A stretch of DNA of 63,726 nucleotides, the filler included, from Lama guanicoe (lineage: Eukaryota), in NCBI GenBank assembly GCA_013239625.1. It is 197 parts of 197 records of this genome, joined end to end, with 100 filler letters (N's around TTAATTAATTAA, not from the genome) between each part and the next. Parts side by side here need not be neighbours in the genome. Positions count along the whole stretch, not along the records: positions 51,515 to 51,738 come from PNXV01041839.1; positions 51,839 to 52,062 come from PNXV01041840.1; positions 52,163 to 52,386 come from PNXV01041841.1; positions 52,487 to 52,710 come from PNXV01041842.1; positions 52,811 to 53,034 come from PNXV01041843.1; positions 53,135 to 53,358 come from PNXV01041844.1; positions 53,459 to 53,682 come from PNXV01041845.1; positions 53,783 to 54,006 come from PNXV01041846.1; 189 more parts are not named here. One strand, written 5' to 3'. The notes beneath the pieces were generated by a model that was not told the DNA's origin, searched no databases, and saw nothing but the letters and a program-made list of their open reading frames with translations. Numbering within the stretch: the stretch's first letter is position 1; every line of letters starts with the position of its first letter. A program made the translations under genes and the position numbers. This document shows, one piece after another, positions 51,415-62,754 of the stretch.

Positions 51415-52162
51415 NNNNNNNNNNNNNNNNNNNNNNNNNNNNNNNNNNNNNNNNNNNNTTAATTAATTAANNNNNNNNNNNNNNNNNNNNNNNNNNNNNN
51501 NNNNNNNNNNNNNNATGGAGCGGAAGGCATTCACGAGTTGCCATAGTGATTCGGTCTGAGTGGTTGGCTTGAGGTGGCTGCAGGAAAAATGATAAAGCCA
51601 AACGGGAGGTCCAGGTGGACATGAAACAGTGATGAACAGCTGGTACTTCTTTGTGTCAGGCTCTCTCATCATTGGCACGGACACTCCACTTGACTTTGCT
51701 TAGCAGTTTAAGGCTTGGGAGTCCAGAGACTTGGCTTCNNNNNNNNNNNNNNNNNNNNNNNNNNNNNNNNNNNNNNNNNNNNTTAATTAATTAANNNNNN
51801 NNNNNNNNNNNNNNNNNNNNNNNNNNNNNNNNNNNNNNAAATCTTGTGGCACCACTTCATCTTGCTTCCCTAATAATGTTCACAGTCGTTTTGCTTTTCA
51901 CATTAATCTCAAAACTGTGATCAGGAAGAGCCCTTGCTGCCCATCTTTGGCTTGGGCTTGGATCTGAAATGTGTTGGTGCTGGCAAGAGGATTCCCACAC
52001 TCTGGTCCAGCGCGAGGAATTCCTGCCATGGAGGAGTGTGGTTGGAAAAACACATCATTCATNNNNNNNNNNNNNNNNNNNNNNNNNNNNNNNNNNNNNN
52101 NNNNNNTTAATTAATTAANNNNNNNNNNNNNNNNNNNNNNNNNNNNNNNNNNNNNNNNNNNN

Positions 52163-52386
52163 CATGAATTTCAGAACAGAGAATTTAGAATATAGAGTAC
52201 AGAATCCAGAATATATAATGTAGAGTATGTGATGTAGAACACGGAATTTAGAATGTAGAATACAGAATACAGAATATAGAATGTAGAAAACAAAATATAG
52301 AATATAGACTAGAGAATACAGAACCCAGAAATAAGAGCATGGAATTCAGAACACAGAATTTAGAATATAGTGTACAGAATACAGAA
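52163..52386. repeat. Heptamer-based satellite (AGAATAY-like)n
   Basis: Tandem AGAATAT/AGAATAC/AGAATTT/AGAACAC. The block starting 'catg' recurs at 52163 and 52338 (175 bp = 25x7). Confidence 0.9.
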
Positions 52387-53209
52387 NNNNNNNNNNNNNN
52401 NNNNNNNNNNNNNNNNNNNNNNNNNNNNNNTTAATTAATTAANNNNNNNNNNNNNNNNNNNNNNNNNNNNNNNNNNNNNNNNNNNNCAGTCCCACCTCCC
52501 TGGAGTCTGAGCCTTTAGGTAACTAGCTTAGTGTCGTCAGGGAACAGCGCACAGCTGCACGTATTTTTCAGGGTTGTGAGGATTCAAGGACACGATGTAG
52601 GTGACTTCAGGCACAGAGGCTGGCACACCGCAGTGCCCTGGTGGACGGGGCCCTCAGCCCAGCCACTCCACAGGAGCCCCTTCTCTGAGCCACGAGACTG
52701 GCTGCCCAGANNNNNNNNNNNNNNNNNNNNNNNNNNNNNNNNNNNNNNNNNNNNTTAATTAATTAANNNNNNNNNNNNNNNNNNNNNNNNNNNNNNNNNN
52801 NNNNNNNNNNAATAAATAAGCAAACAGAAGAAATGAGAGAGATGGTTAAAATAAATGTGATGAGGGAAAGCACTTTGAAGAATCCACTCATTCTATCTGG
52901 AGCTTTATTTATAATTATGGCTCCTGGACCAAGCCTGTTGAAAGGAAGTTTCCTGAGTGCGAAAGCAGAAGCAAATATGATTTATTTGACACAGCAAATG
53001 TATTTTTTTCTGTGAATTTCTGAGACACACAGGANNNNNNNNNNNNNNNNNNNNNNNNNNNNNNNNNNNNNNNNNNNNTTAATTAATTAANNNNNNNNNN
53101 NNNNNNNNNNNNNNNNNNNNNNNNNNNNNNNNNNTGTCTGAGATGGAAAAGGCTCTCAGCTACTCCCAGAAGGTATGCCTTACGTGCAAGGGAAATGACT
53201 AGCTTCTAT

Positions 53210-53358
53210 ACCAGGGTCCTGGGCTGTCATATAAAGTGCCACAAACGGGGTGGCTTGAAGAAACAGATATTTATCGTCTCAAAGTCCCAGAGGCCGGTAG
53301 TCTGAAGTCAAAAGGGCCACGTTCCCCGCTGAAGGCTCTGGGTGGAACCTCTCCTTAC
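53210..53358 (-). mobile_element. MLT1 LTR fragment
   Basis: 'gggctgtcatataaagtgccacaaac..ggtggcttgaa..aacaga.atttat..tctca...agtctgaa'. Confidence 0.8.
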
Positions 53359-54114
53359 NNNNNNNNNNNNNNNNNNNNNNNNNNNNNNNNNNNNNNNNNN
53401 NNTTAATTAATTAANNNNNNNNNNNNNNNNNNNNNNNNNNNNNNNNNNNNNNNNNNNNAGTAATTTGACACCTCTGCCATACCTGACATTAGCAACCGCT
53501 GCCTAAAACTCTCTTCTTCCTTGATTTTCATGAATCCAACGATTTACTGATTTTCCATCCTCTCTTTCAGGCCACTTTTCAGCAGTGTTCTCCTGGGTTT
53601 CATCTTCACCTACAGATCTGAAAGTGTGTGCTCCCTTTGGCTCAGGCCTTCCTACTCTTCTTATGCTAGATATTCCATGTTGNNNNNNNNNNNNNNNNNN
53701 NNNNNNNNNNNNNNNNNNNNNNNNNNTTAATTAATTAANNNNNNNNNNNNNNNNNNNNNNNNNNNNNNNNNNNNNNNNNNNNCTACCTTACAGAGATGCT
53801 CTGTTTAAATTATGAGACCATATACTGTAAGCACCATACAAATAAAATTTTTTTTTTTTTATCAATTTCCATTCTTCTGTCCCTTGGGTTCACTCACACG
53901 CAGCCTTCCCAGAGCCAGCCCTCATTCTTCCTGACCCCCCTCTTGATTCAGGGTAGAAGAGCCCTACCCTCACCCAGTACCCCCCCAGCAAGGGTCAAGC
54001 ACTTTGNNNNNNNNNNNNNNNNNNNNNNNNNNNNNNNNNNNNNNNNNNNNTTAATTAATTAANNNNNNNNNNNNNNNNNNNNNNNNNNNNNNNNNNNNNN
54101 NNNNNNTTTGGCCC

Positions 54115-54293
54115 CAGTAGTTCTCAAATTATGATCTCTTGCCCAGCAGCAGCATTCCTGGGAGCTTGTTAGCAATGTAAATTATCACTCCCCTGCCTGC
54201 TTTATGATTCAGAGACACTGGGGGTAGAGTTCAGCAAGGTGTTTTAATAAAAGACCACCACATGATTCTGATGCTAAAGTTTGAGGACTGCTG
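54115..54293. mobile_element. Full-length MER5A-type MITE
   Basis: Terminal inverted repeats CAGTAGTTCTCAAA / TTTGAGGACTGCTG (12/14 match), 179 bp long. Confidence 0.88.
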
Positions 54294-55427
54294 GTCTAGT
54301 CAATCTCTCTCATTCTGCATGCAAAAAAAANNNNNNNNNNNNNNNNNNNNNNNNNNNNNNNNNNNNNNNNNNNNTTAATTAATTAANNNNNNNNNNNNNN
54401 NNNNNNNNNNNNNNNNNNNNNNNNNNNNNNCTGTGTTTCATAGGGTCAGTTTGAAATTCCTGCAGTTTTTAGTGTAAAACCGAGTTGGTGCTAGTACTTC
54501 CCCATATAAATGTACGTATTATACTTTCCTAATGAAAAGAAATATTTTGTTCCCAACATACCAGGTGAAGGACATATTTCACACACAATTTTCGCTCAGA
54601 AATGGGCATGAGTAGAGAGGATCTTTAATCAAGCACAAATGGTATATGTTGCAGNNNNNNNNNNNNNNNNNNNNNNNNNNNNNNNNNNNNNNNNNNNNTT
54701 AATTAATTAANNNNNNNNNNNNNNNNNNNNNNNNNNNNNNNNNNNNNNNNNNNNACAGTATCTGGGCCTGAGGTCAAGATGCAGTTGTACAGAGCCTCCT
54801 GGAGTTGTGGTGGGGCAGACAGGAGCGCTGCCTGGCAGGAATCACTCTAACAACCGCCAGCTTTTAATGTGGAGAAGTTTGGTCTGCCTGCTCAACAGCC
54901 TTCTGCTTGGCTAGATCTTCAGGATATGGACTGCTTTTGATGGCCTAAGGTCAGGTTCCCTGGATGTCAAGGGTCCCCNNNNNNNNNNNNNNNNNNNNNN
55001 NNNNNNNNNNNNNNNNNNNNNNTTAATTAATTAANNNNNNNNNNNNNNNNNNNNNNNNNNNNNNNNNNNNNNNNNNNNAGGCGACACGCTAACCAGCAGC
55101 TGGCTGAACCTGAAGCAGGCGTCAGGTGTGTACCAGCTCAGCCGCTCGCTCTGCCTGGGTGTCATCGCTCGTCTACGGCATCCGTGTTACTTCCCGGAGG
55201 CTCCCAGCTCCCCGCCACCCTCCAGCTCCTGAGGGGCAGCTCCTAGGGACAGCGCAGTGGCACTCTCTAGCTGGGCACCTGCTGTGTGCCTGCGAGGGCC
55301 AGNNNNNNNNNNNNNNNNNNNNNNNNNNNNNNNNNNNNNNNNNNNNTTAATTAATTAANNNNNNNNNNNNNNNNNNNNNNNNNNNNNNNNNNNNNNNNNN
55401 NNTGTCCCCAAGCCAGTGTAATACCCA

Positions 55428-55626
55428 GAGGCCACATCATCTACGCAGGCCCATTTCATCTCCCGGAGCTTACATATCTCCCGAATCCTGCATAATTTCC
55501 CCGAGCCACAATCTCTCGAGCCCACATCTCCCCGAGCCCACATCATTTCCTCAAGCACACATCATCTCCCAAGCCCACATCATCTCTCCAAGCCCACATC
55601 GCTACAAGCCCACATCTTCTCAGGCC
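55428..55626. repeat. Degenerate minisatellite, core AGCCCACATC(ATC)TCYC
   Basis: About 11 imperfect units of roughly 16-20 bp. Confidence 0.85.
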
Positions 55627-55726
55627 NNNNNNNNNNNNNNNNNNNNNNNNNNNNNNNNNNNNNNNNNNNNTTAATTAATTAANNNNNNNNNNNNNNNNNN
55701 NNNNNNNNNNNNNNNNNNNNNNNNNN

Positions 55727-55950
55727 TCTTGGCCATCGTTACTTTAAACTCTTTCTCAGATAAATTACCTATCTCTTCATCACTTACTTCTTCTAGGATT
55801 TTATCTTGTGCCTTGGCCTGGGAGATATTCCTTTGCAGCCTCATATTGTCTATCTTCCTATGTGTTTGTGGATTCCTTCCACAGGCTTTGGGATTGTTGT
55901 TTTATTTCTAGTATCTGCCCCTGGTGGATGAAGCTGGACTAGAGGCTTAT
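55727..55950 (-). mobile_element. L1 5' UTR/ORF1-start fragment
   Basis: First ~68 bp are a reverse-complement homologue of 25595-25660. Confidence 0.75.
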
Positions 55951-56050
55951 NNNNNNNNNNNNNNNNNNNNNNNNNNNNNNNNNNNNNNNNNNNNTTAATT
56001 AATTAANNNNNNNNNNNNNNNNNNNNNNNNNNNNNNNNNNNNNNNNNNNN

Positions 56051-56274
56051 AACATAGGCAGTAAACTCTTCAACACTGATCTTTGCAATATTTTTGGATA
56101 TATCTTCCAGGCAAGAGAAATAGAAGCAAAAATAAACAAGACAACACCGAACTAAAAATCTTTTGTATAGGGAAGGAAACAATCAACAAAATGAAAAAAC
56201 AACCTACTAAATAGGAGAAGATTTGGCAAATGATATGTCCAATAACAGGTTAATATCCAAAATATATAAAGAAT
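56051..56274 (+). mobile_element. L1 ORF2 fragment
   Basis: 'aacataggcagtaaactctt...aaggaaacaatcaacaaaatgaaaa..caacctact...ttaatatccaaaatatataaagaa'. Confidence 0.92.
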
Positions 56275-57346
56275 NNNNNNNNNNNNNNNNNNNNNNNNNN
56301 NNNNNNNNNNNNNNNNNNTTAATTAATTAANNNNNNNNNNNNNNNNNNNNNNNNNNNNNNNNNNNNNNNNNNNNGTTTTGGAGACTCCTCTCACCTCCCT
56401 TCTTTATTAAGACAAGACGTAACTTTATAGAACTTACGTGGAAAACACATAAAAAACAGATGTTTCACAATAAAATGTTTGACAGTCTATCCCTTAAGGA
56501 TATTCCATGCCATAGTTAAAAATAAATGTTATGTAGATTAAACATAAAAAGGAAGGAAAATCTACAAAATTATTAGATGAAAACACATGATTTTTTTTNN
56601 NNNNNNNNNNNNNNNNNNNNNNNNNNNNNNNNNNNNNNNNNNTTAATTAATTAANNNNNNNNNNNNNNNNNNNNNNNNNNNNNNNNNNNNNNNNNNNNGA
56701 GAGCAGAGAGGGTGTGGGGAGTGTGGTGTCACAGGAGGTCCAGCCCCTGTGCGGAGCCATGTGGGGTTGGTGACATAGGGGCAGAGCAGGGCTGCAGCTG
56801 AGGGGAAGTCAAGGTGACAAAATGGCCTGGAGGCCGAGCTCTCCATACCCTGTTTCTTGGCAGCCGAGGTGTGATTCTGGAGCCATTGTTAAAGGCACGG
56901 CAGTTCTTGAGGGTCAGTACCCNNNNNNNNNNNNNNNNNNNNNNNNNNNNNNNNNNNNNNNNNNNNTTAATTAATTAANNNNNNNNNNNNNNNNNNNNNN
57001 NNNNNNNNNNNNNNNNNNNNNNAACTCAGGGCAGCTGCTCACCTGAGTCTGCCCGCCCTCCTCTTGATAGCGTACCATCCATCCCTTAATAAATCCCCAC
57101 TTGACTTTCTTAACCTCCGTGTCTCGTTTCTGAATTCTCATTGTCAGCAGCAGTAGTTTTGGGGTCTTTTTCAGAGGGAAATGCTGCAGGTGAAGATGTA
57201 CTTCTGGTGTGTCTTTGGGAGCAGCGGAGCCAACACCTCCTACACCNNNNNNNNNNNNNNNNNNNNNNNNNNNNNNNNNNNNNNNNNNNNTTAATTAATT
57301 AANNNNNNNNNNNNNNNNNNNNNNNNNNNNNNNNNNNNNNNNNNNN

Positions 57347-57492
57347 AAGATGGAAACTCTCATTCAAAAGATTCATGCATCCAATATTCATAGCATCATT
57401 ATTTATAATAGTCAAGACAAGGAAACAACCCAAACACCCATCAACAGATGACTGCTGTAAGAAGATGTGGCGCGCGTGCGCACGCGCGCGCG

Positions 57493-57523
<31 letters not shown>

Positions 57524-57570
57524 GAATATTACTCAGCCATGAAAAATAATGAAATAATGCCATTTGCAGC
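57347..57570 (+). mobile_element. L1 ORF2 end with compound (GC)n(CA)n(GA)n microsatellite at about 57470-57522
   Basis: 'ttcatagcatcattatttataatagtcaagaca...ggaatattactcagccatgaaaa'. Confidence 0.9.
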
Positions 57571-57994
57571 NNNNNNNNNNNNNNNNNNNNNNNNNNNNNN
57601 NNNNNNNNNNNNNNTTAATTAATTAANNNNNNNNNNNNNNNNNNNNNNNNNNNNNNNNNNNNNNNNNNNNTAAATAATCCTCAACAGCAACAGCGGGATT
57701 AAACGAGTGGCCAGCCCGTCTCTTCACGGTCAAGGGCTGTTTAGATTTGCTTCAAACACGGTTTTGCAGCAGGTAAGGATCCTTGTTGGGGGAAACCCAG
57801 GCAGCTTTCTGACGCTGCGAAACGTCGCGCGGTGCAGACCGAAGCTTCTCTTGGCTCGTTTAAAACAGCATTTGGTTTGTTTTTCCCTCCCTGTNNNNNN
57901 NNNNNNNNNNNNNNNNNNNNNNNNNNNNNNNNNNNNNNTTAATTAATTAANNNNNNNNNNNNNNNNNNNNNNNNNNNNNNNNNNNNNNNNNNNN

Positions 57995-58218
57995 AGGGGA
58001 GAGTACGAATTCAGGGACTCGCCCGGAGCCCTCTTCCCGCCGGCGTGCGCGCCGGCGCGGCGCACCTGTTCAGTGAGGCTCCAGCCCTGCTGCCTTATGG
58101 CTGACGGAGTCCGCGGTGCGCACGGCTGCTCACTGTGTCGTTCGCCCCGCGGATCTGGACAAACGTCCGATGACACGTACTCCCCGTTAGGGTCCCGCAG
58201 AGAGCAGCTTCCCTGCGC
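57995..58218. promoter_or_regulatory. CpG island fragment
   Basis: Dense CpG with an E2F-like TTCCCGCC. Gene not identified. Confidence 0.5.
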
Positions 58219-59729
58219 NNNNNNNNNNNNNNNNNNNNNNNNNNNNNNNNNNNNNNNNNNNNTTAATTAATTAANNNNNNNNNNNNNNNNNNNNNNNNNN
58301 NNNNNNNNNNNNNNNNNNAGGCGACACGCTAACCAGCAGCTGGCTGAACCTGAAGCAGGCGTCAGGTATGTACCAGCTCAGCCGCTCGCTCTGCCTGGGC
58401 GTCATCGCTCATCTACGGCATCCGTGTTACTTCCCGGAGGGTCCCAGCTCCCCGCCACCCTCCTGCTCCTGAGGGGCAGCTCCTAGGGACAGTGCAGTGG
58501 CACTCTCTAGCTGGGCACCTGCTGTGTGCCTGCGAGGGCCAGNNNNNNNNNNNNNNNNNNNNNNNNNNNNNNNNNNNNNNNNNNNNTTAATTAATTAANN
58601 NNNNNNNNNNNNNNNNNNNNNNNNNNNNNNNNNNNNNNNNNNTCAAAACATTATGTTTTACACCTGAAACTAATATAAGGTCATTTATCATCATACCTCA
58701 ATGAAACAAATCACAAGAGGAATATATGTGTATTTACTGGAATATTATCAAGAAGAATATTCCATGAAATGCCTTTTTGATAAATACTAATTTAAACTTG
58801 TTATATGTTTCAAGCCTCCAACAAATAATCCCACCATGAATTTGTTTTGAATAAATAACGTTTTGGNNNNNNNNNNNNNNNNNNNNNNNNNNNNNNNNNN
58901 NNNNNNNNNNTTAATTAATTAANNNNNNNNNNNNNNNNNNNNNNNNNNNNNNNNNNNNNNNNNNNNATCCCTTCCCTAATACAGAGAATTTATATCATCT
59001 TGCTCTGGACACACATGTATATGAAGGAACTTCACCAATCTCATTCATCATTGGTTTCACAAGTGCTTAAAATATTATCTGACATGTTGAAGGGCTCAGC
59101 ATCGGTCAAATTAATAAAAACATTTGTTATTCAGACTGTACACTTCGGTAAATTCGGCCTTGGGAACAAACCTCCCAGTAGTTTAGGGAANNNNNNNNNN
59201 NNNNNNNNNNNNNNNNNNNNNNNNNNNNNNNNNNTTAATTAATTAANNNNNNNNNNNNNNNNNNNNNNNNNNNNNNNNNNNNNNNNNNNNACCCTTCATG
59301 GGCTATTCGCCACCTCCACCTGGACCACCCTCGTGGCCTCTGGGTCCTCAGGCATAGGCAGAGCCACCAGTTTCTCCACTTGGTAAGATGAGAGCATGTT
59401 GTCCTTTTCCATTGTTGAGTCTTTTCTGAAGGGGAGATGGCACTCCAGGGCCTTGCGTTGCCTGAGGAAACCTATCTTGGGACATTATAATGTTCATGTA
59501 GTTTCCTAGCACACNNNNNNNNNNNNNNNNNNNNNNNNNNNNNNNNNNNNNNNNNNNNTTAATTAATTAANNNNNNNNNNNNNNNNNNNNNNNNNNNNNN
59601 NNNNNNNNNNNNNNCATTTCCCATCTGCATGATGTTCTGAGTTCTCTGAAGATCTCATCTCTCAGGCTAAGTAATCTACTGGTGGAAATAACGTAAAGAA
59701 GTACAGCATCTTCAAAACTGCCATTAAGA

Positions 59730-59838
59730 GGCGGGAAGGTATAGCCCAGAGGTAGAGCGCATGCTTAGCATGCACGAGGTCCTGGGTTTGATCCCTAGTA
59801 CCTCCATTTAAAATAAATAAATTAATAAATAAACCTAA
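59730..59838 (+). mobile_element. tRNA-Ala-derived SINE (Vic-1 type)
   Basis: 'ggtatagcccagaggtagagcgcatgcttagcatgcacgaggtcctgggtttgatccctagtacctcca' plus (AAAT)n 'aaacctaa' tail. Confidence 0.9.
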
Positions 59839-60262
59839 NNNNNNNNNNNNNNNNNNNNNNNNNNNNNNNNNNNNNNNNNNNNTTAATTAATTAANNNNNN
59901 NNNNNNNNNNNNNNNNNNNNNNNNNNNNNNNNNNNNNNGAGAACTCGGTGGTAGAAGTAACAGCATGAATAGTTTGTCTGAATGTGCGGATGAGGGGCAG
60001 ACAGGAAGGCGTCACAGATCGCGGAGATTTATAAACGGGCTGACTTAAAGTGTTAACCTGTTAATATGTTATGTGTGCTTCTCTATTTTCTTAGCAGGAA
60101 AGTAGTATTCTACTTTATTAATCTTTTCAGAGACTAATCGGGGATTTTTTAAAACTTCTGTTNNNNNNNNNNNNNNNNNNNNNNNNNNNNNNNNNNNNNN
60201 NNNNNNTTAATTAATTAANNNNNNNNNNNNNNNNNNNNNNNNNNNNNNNNNNNNNNNNNNNN

Positions 60263-60397
60263 ATGTGATCCAGCCATCCCACTCCTGGGCATACAGCCAG
60301 AGAAACTCTAATTTGGAAAGATGACACTCACCCCAGTGTGCACAGCAGCACTGTTGACAACAGCCAAGACATGGAGGCAACTCAACGTCCATGACAT
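60263..60397 (+). mobile_element. L1 ORF2 end fragment
   Basis: 'gatccagccatcccactcctgggcata..ccagagaaa...cagcagcactgttgacaacagccaagacatgga'. Confidence 0.88.
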
Positions 60398-62530
60398 ACG
60401 ACAAGTTGTCTTTTGCTATTTGTCTCTACCATCAGCTCTCATTACAGGGGTTCCACTTTCCTTGCCTCTCCCATGGCCACAACTCCNNNNNNNNNNNNNN
60501 NNNNNNNNNNNNNNNNNNNNNNNNNNNNNNTTAATTAATTAANNNNNNNNNNNNNNNNNNNNNNNNNNNNNNNNNNNNNNNNNNNNGCATTAGACAATCG
60601 GGCAGCTTCACTATGCTAAATGATTATATGTAGCCGTCTTGCATCTTCATGAATTTTTGACTATTGTACTGATATACTCAACATAAATTATATCGTATCT
60701 TTGAATATATTGAGTATTTGGGTCTCAATCAATGAGTAATACGAAATGAATTATATGAGAGGCTTCTGCCCTATAGGATCAAGGCAACTTAATTTATTTC
60801 AGTGGATTTCNNNNNNNNNNNNNNNNNNNNNNNNNNNNNNNNNNNNNNNNNNNNTTAATTAATTAANNNNNNNNNNNNNNNNNNNNNNNNNNNNNNNNNN
60901 NNNNNNNNNNTGTAATGGATGTAATGTTAGATGTGAGATCAAAGACAACTGTTGCTGGACCTGTTATTTTGTGACCATGAGAAAGTCATGTATCCCATGT
61001 TTCACAAAGATATGAAGAGACATCTAGTCCTGCATAGGCTGCTTTTCGGGGGTAGGAAGGGAGGACAAACCAACAAAATAGTTTCAGTGTAAATTATACT
61101 CCATCAGAGTTTCTTAGTAAATTTAAGACTTTTANNNNNNNNNNNNNNNNNNNNNNNNNNNNNNNNNNNNNNNNNNNNTTAATTAATTAANNNNNNNNNN
61201 NNNNNNNNNNNNNNNNNNNNNNNNNNNNNNNNNNAACTCATTGTGGGAATGGGAGAGGGCAGGAGGGATGTGACTGAGGAAAGTACTGCCCTGTATTCCT
61301 TGTATCTAGCATGACTGCTGTTCCTAGGTTTTAAAAACTCTTTAGTGTTTCTCAGTTAATCTGGAGTAGGTGGAACAAGCCAGGGAGGCAAGATTAGGAG
61401 AAAGGAGGTAGGGCATGAAGTGGTGCCAGGCTGGTCCTGAAAGGGAGACAGACACAGANNNNNNNNNNNNNNNNNNNNNNNNNNNNNNNNNNNNNNNNNN
61501 NNTTAATTAATTAANNNNNNNNNNNNNNNNNNNNNNNNNNNNNNNNNNNNNNNNNNNNCTAAACTATGAGTGGCAACTGCCTACTATTAATATTACAATT
61601 TATGTGGCTCCTTTTGTAAAACATGAGTTCGAGGTTTCTATTATGTCCTTAGGGTTATTGTTATGTTAGTTTTCGCCTTTATAGTGGTTTTCCCAGTTCA
61701 TATTCAAAAACAAAAAACAAAAACCTACTCTGATTTATCAGTTTCCTGTTTTTCCTCAACTTTATTACTTAAAAAAAAAAAANNNNNNNNNNNNNNNNNN
61801 NNNNNNNNNNNNNNNNNNNNNNNNNNTTAATTAATTAANNNNNNNNNNNNNNNNNNNNNNNNNNNNNNNNNNNNNNNNNNNNCCTGCACCCCAGCTCAGC
61901 GATGGTTTTGTCCCCACCCCTCAGTAAACCATTTATTTGATTATAGTGCAGATGTATTGGAACCCTCATTTATATTTAATAATCTTATCTTCTTGGTTAT
62001 TCTATTTTTTCATTCCTCATCTTCGGTCTTGGACCTTCACAATTTTTCTGTAAAAATTGCAGCCAGGGCTCCCAAGTCTGAACTTTTCAAAATGAGGGTC
62101 TTTTTTNNNNNNNNNNNNNNNNNNNNNNNNNNNNNNNNNNNNNNNNNNNNTTAATTAATTAANNNNNNNNNNNNNNNNNNNNNNNNNNNNNNNNNNNNNN
62201 NNNNNNAGTTCAAGGAAGGTGTCCTTTCCCGATGGTTCTATTTTTTTATATTTCTTTGGCTATTTCCATGGAAACTTGAAAAAGAGAAGAGTTAAATGTA
62301 TAGACTTAAATGTCCATCTTGTCCCAGAAGTTTTAAAGTAATCTTTCTGAAATGAAAGCTGATCACTTTACTCCCTGATTTAAATCTTTAAATGATGGTC
62401 CATATCAAAGAGGGTAAAATTCAAACTCTTNNNNNNNNNNNNNNNNNNNNNNNNNNNNNNNNNNNNNNNNNNNNTTAATTAATTAANNNNNNNNNNNNNN
62501 NNNNNNNNNNNNNNNNNNNNNNNNNNNNNN

Positions 62531-62754
62531 CACTGACATCTTGAACTAGATAGTTTTTGTTACTGTGGGGCTGTCTTGTGCATGGTAAGATATTTAGTAG
62601 CTCCTCAGCATCTTAGTCATCAGGGAAACGCAAATCAAAATCACAATGAGATATTGCCCCATACCTGTTAGGATGGATACTATCAAAAAAGAAAAAAACA
62701 CATGCTAGCGAGGATATGAAAAAATTAGAACTCTTGCACACTGTTGGTGGGACT
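62531..62754 (+). mobile_element. MER20-like fragment (about 62531-62605) joined to an L1 ORF2 fragment
   Basis: 'ctgacatcttgaactagata...ggggctgtcttgtgcat..taagatatttag', then 'tagtcatcagggaaacgcaaatcaaaatcacaatgagata'. Confidence 0.75.

Larger units (their letters stand above)
55079..58542 (+). repeat. Near-identical contig pair 5 (55079-55302 vs 58319-58542)
   Basis: Identical 49-bp ends; 6 substitutions. Confidence 0.97.

Noticed and set aside
59730..59807. Functional tRNA-Ala(AGC) genes (also 51291, 23651, 33230, 11841)
   Set aside because: Mutated stems and boxes, an extended G-rich head and a shared AT-rich tail identify them as SINE copies.
60674..60718. Pre-miRNA-like hairpin (ATACTCAACATA / TATATTGAGTAT)
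   Set aside because: The AT-rich stem is only about 12 bp and matches no miRNA I recognise; expected by chance.
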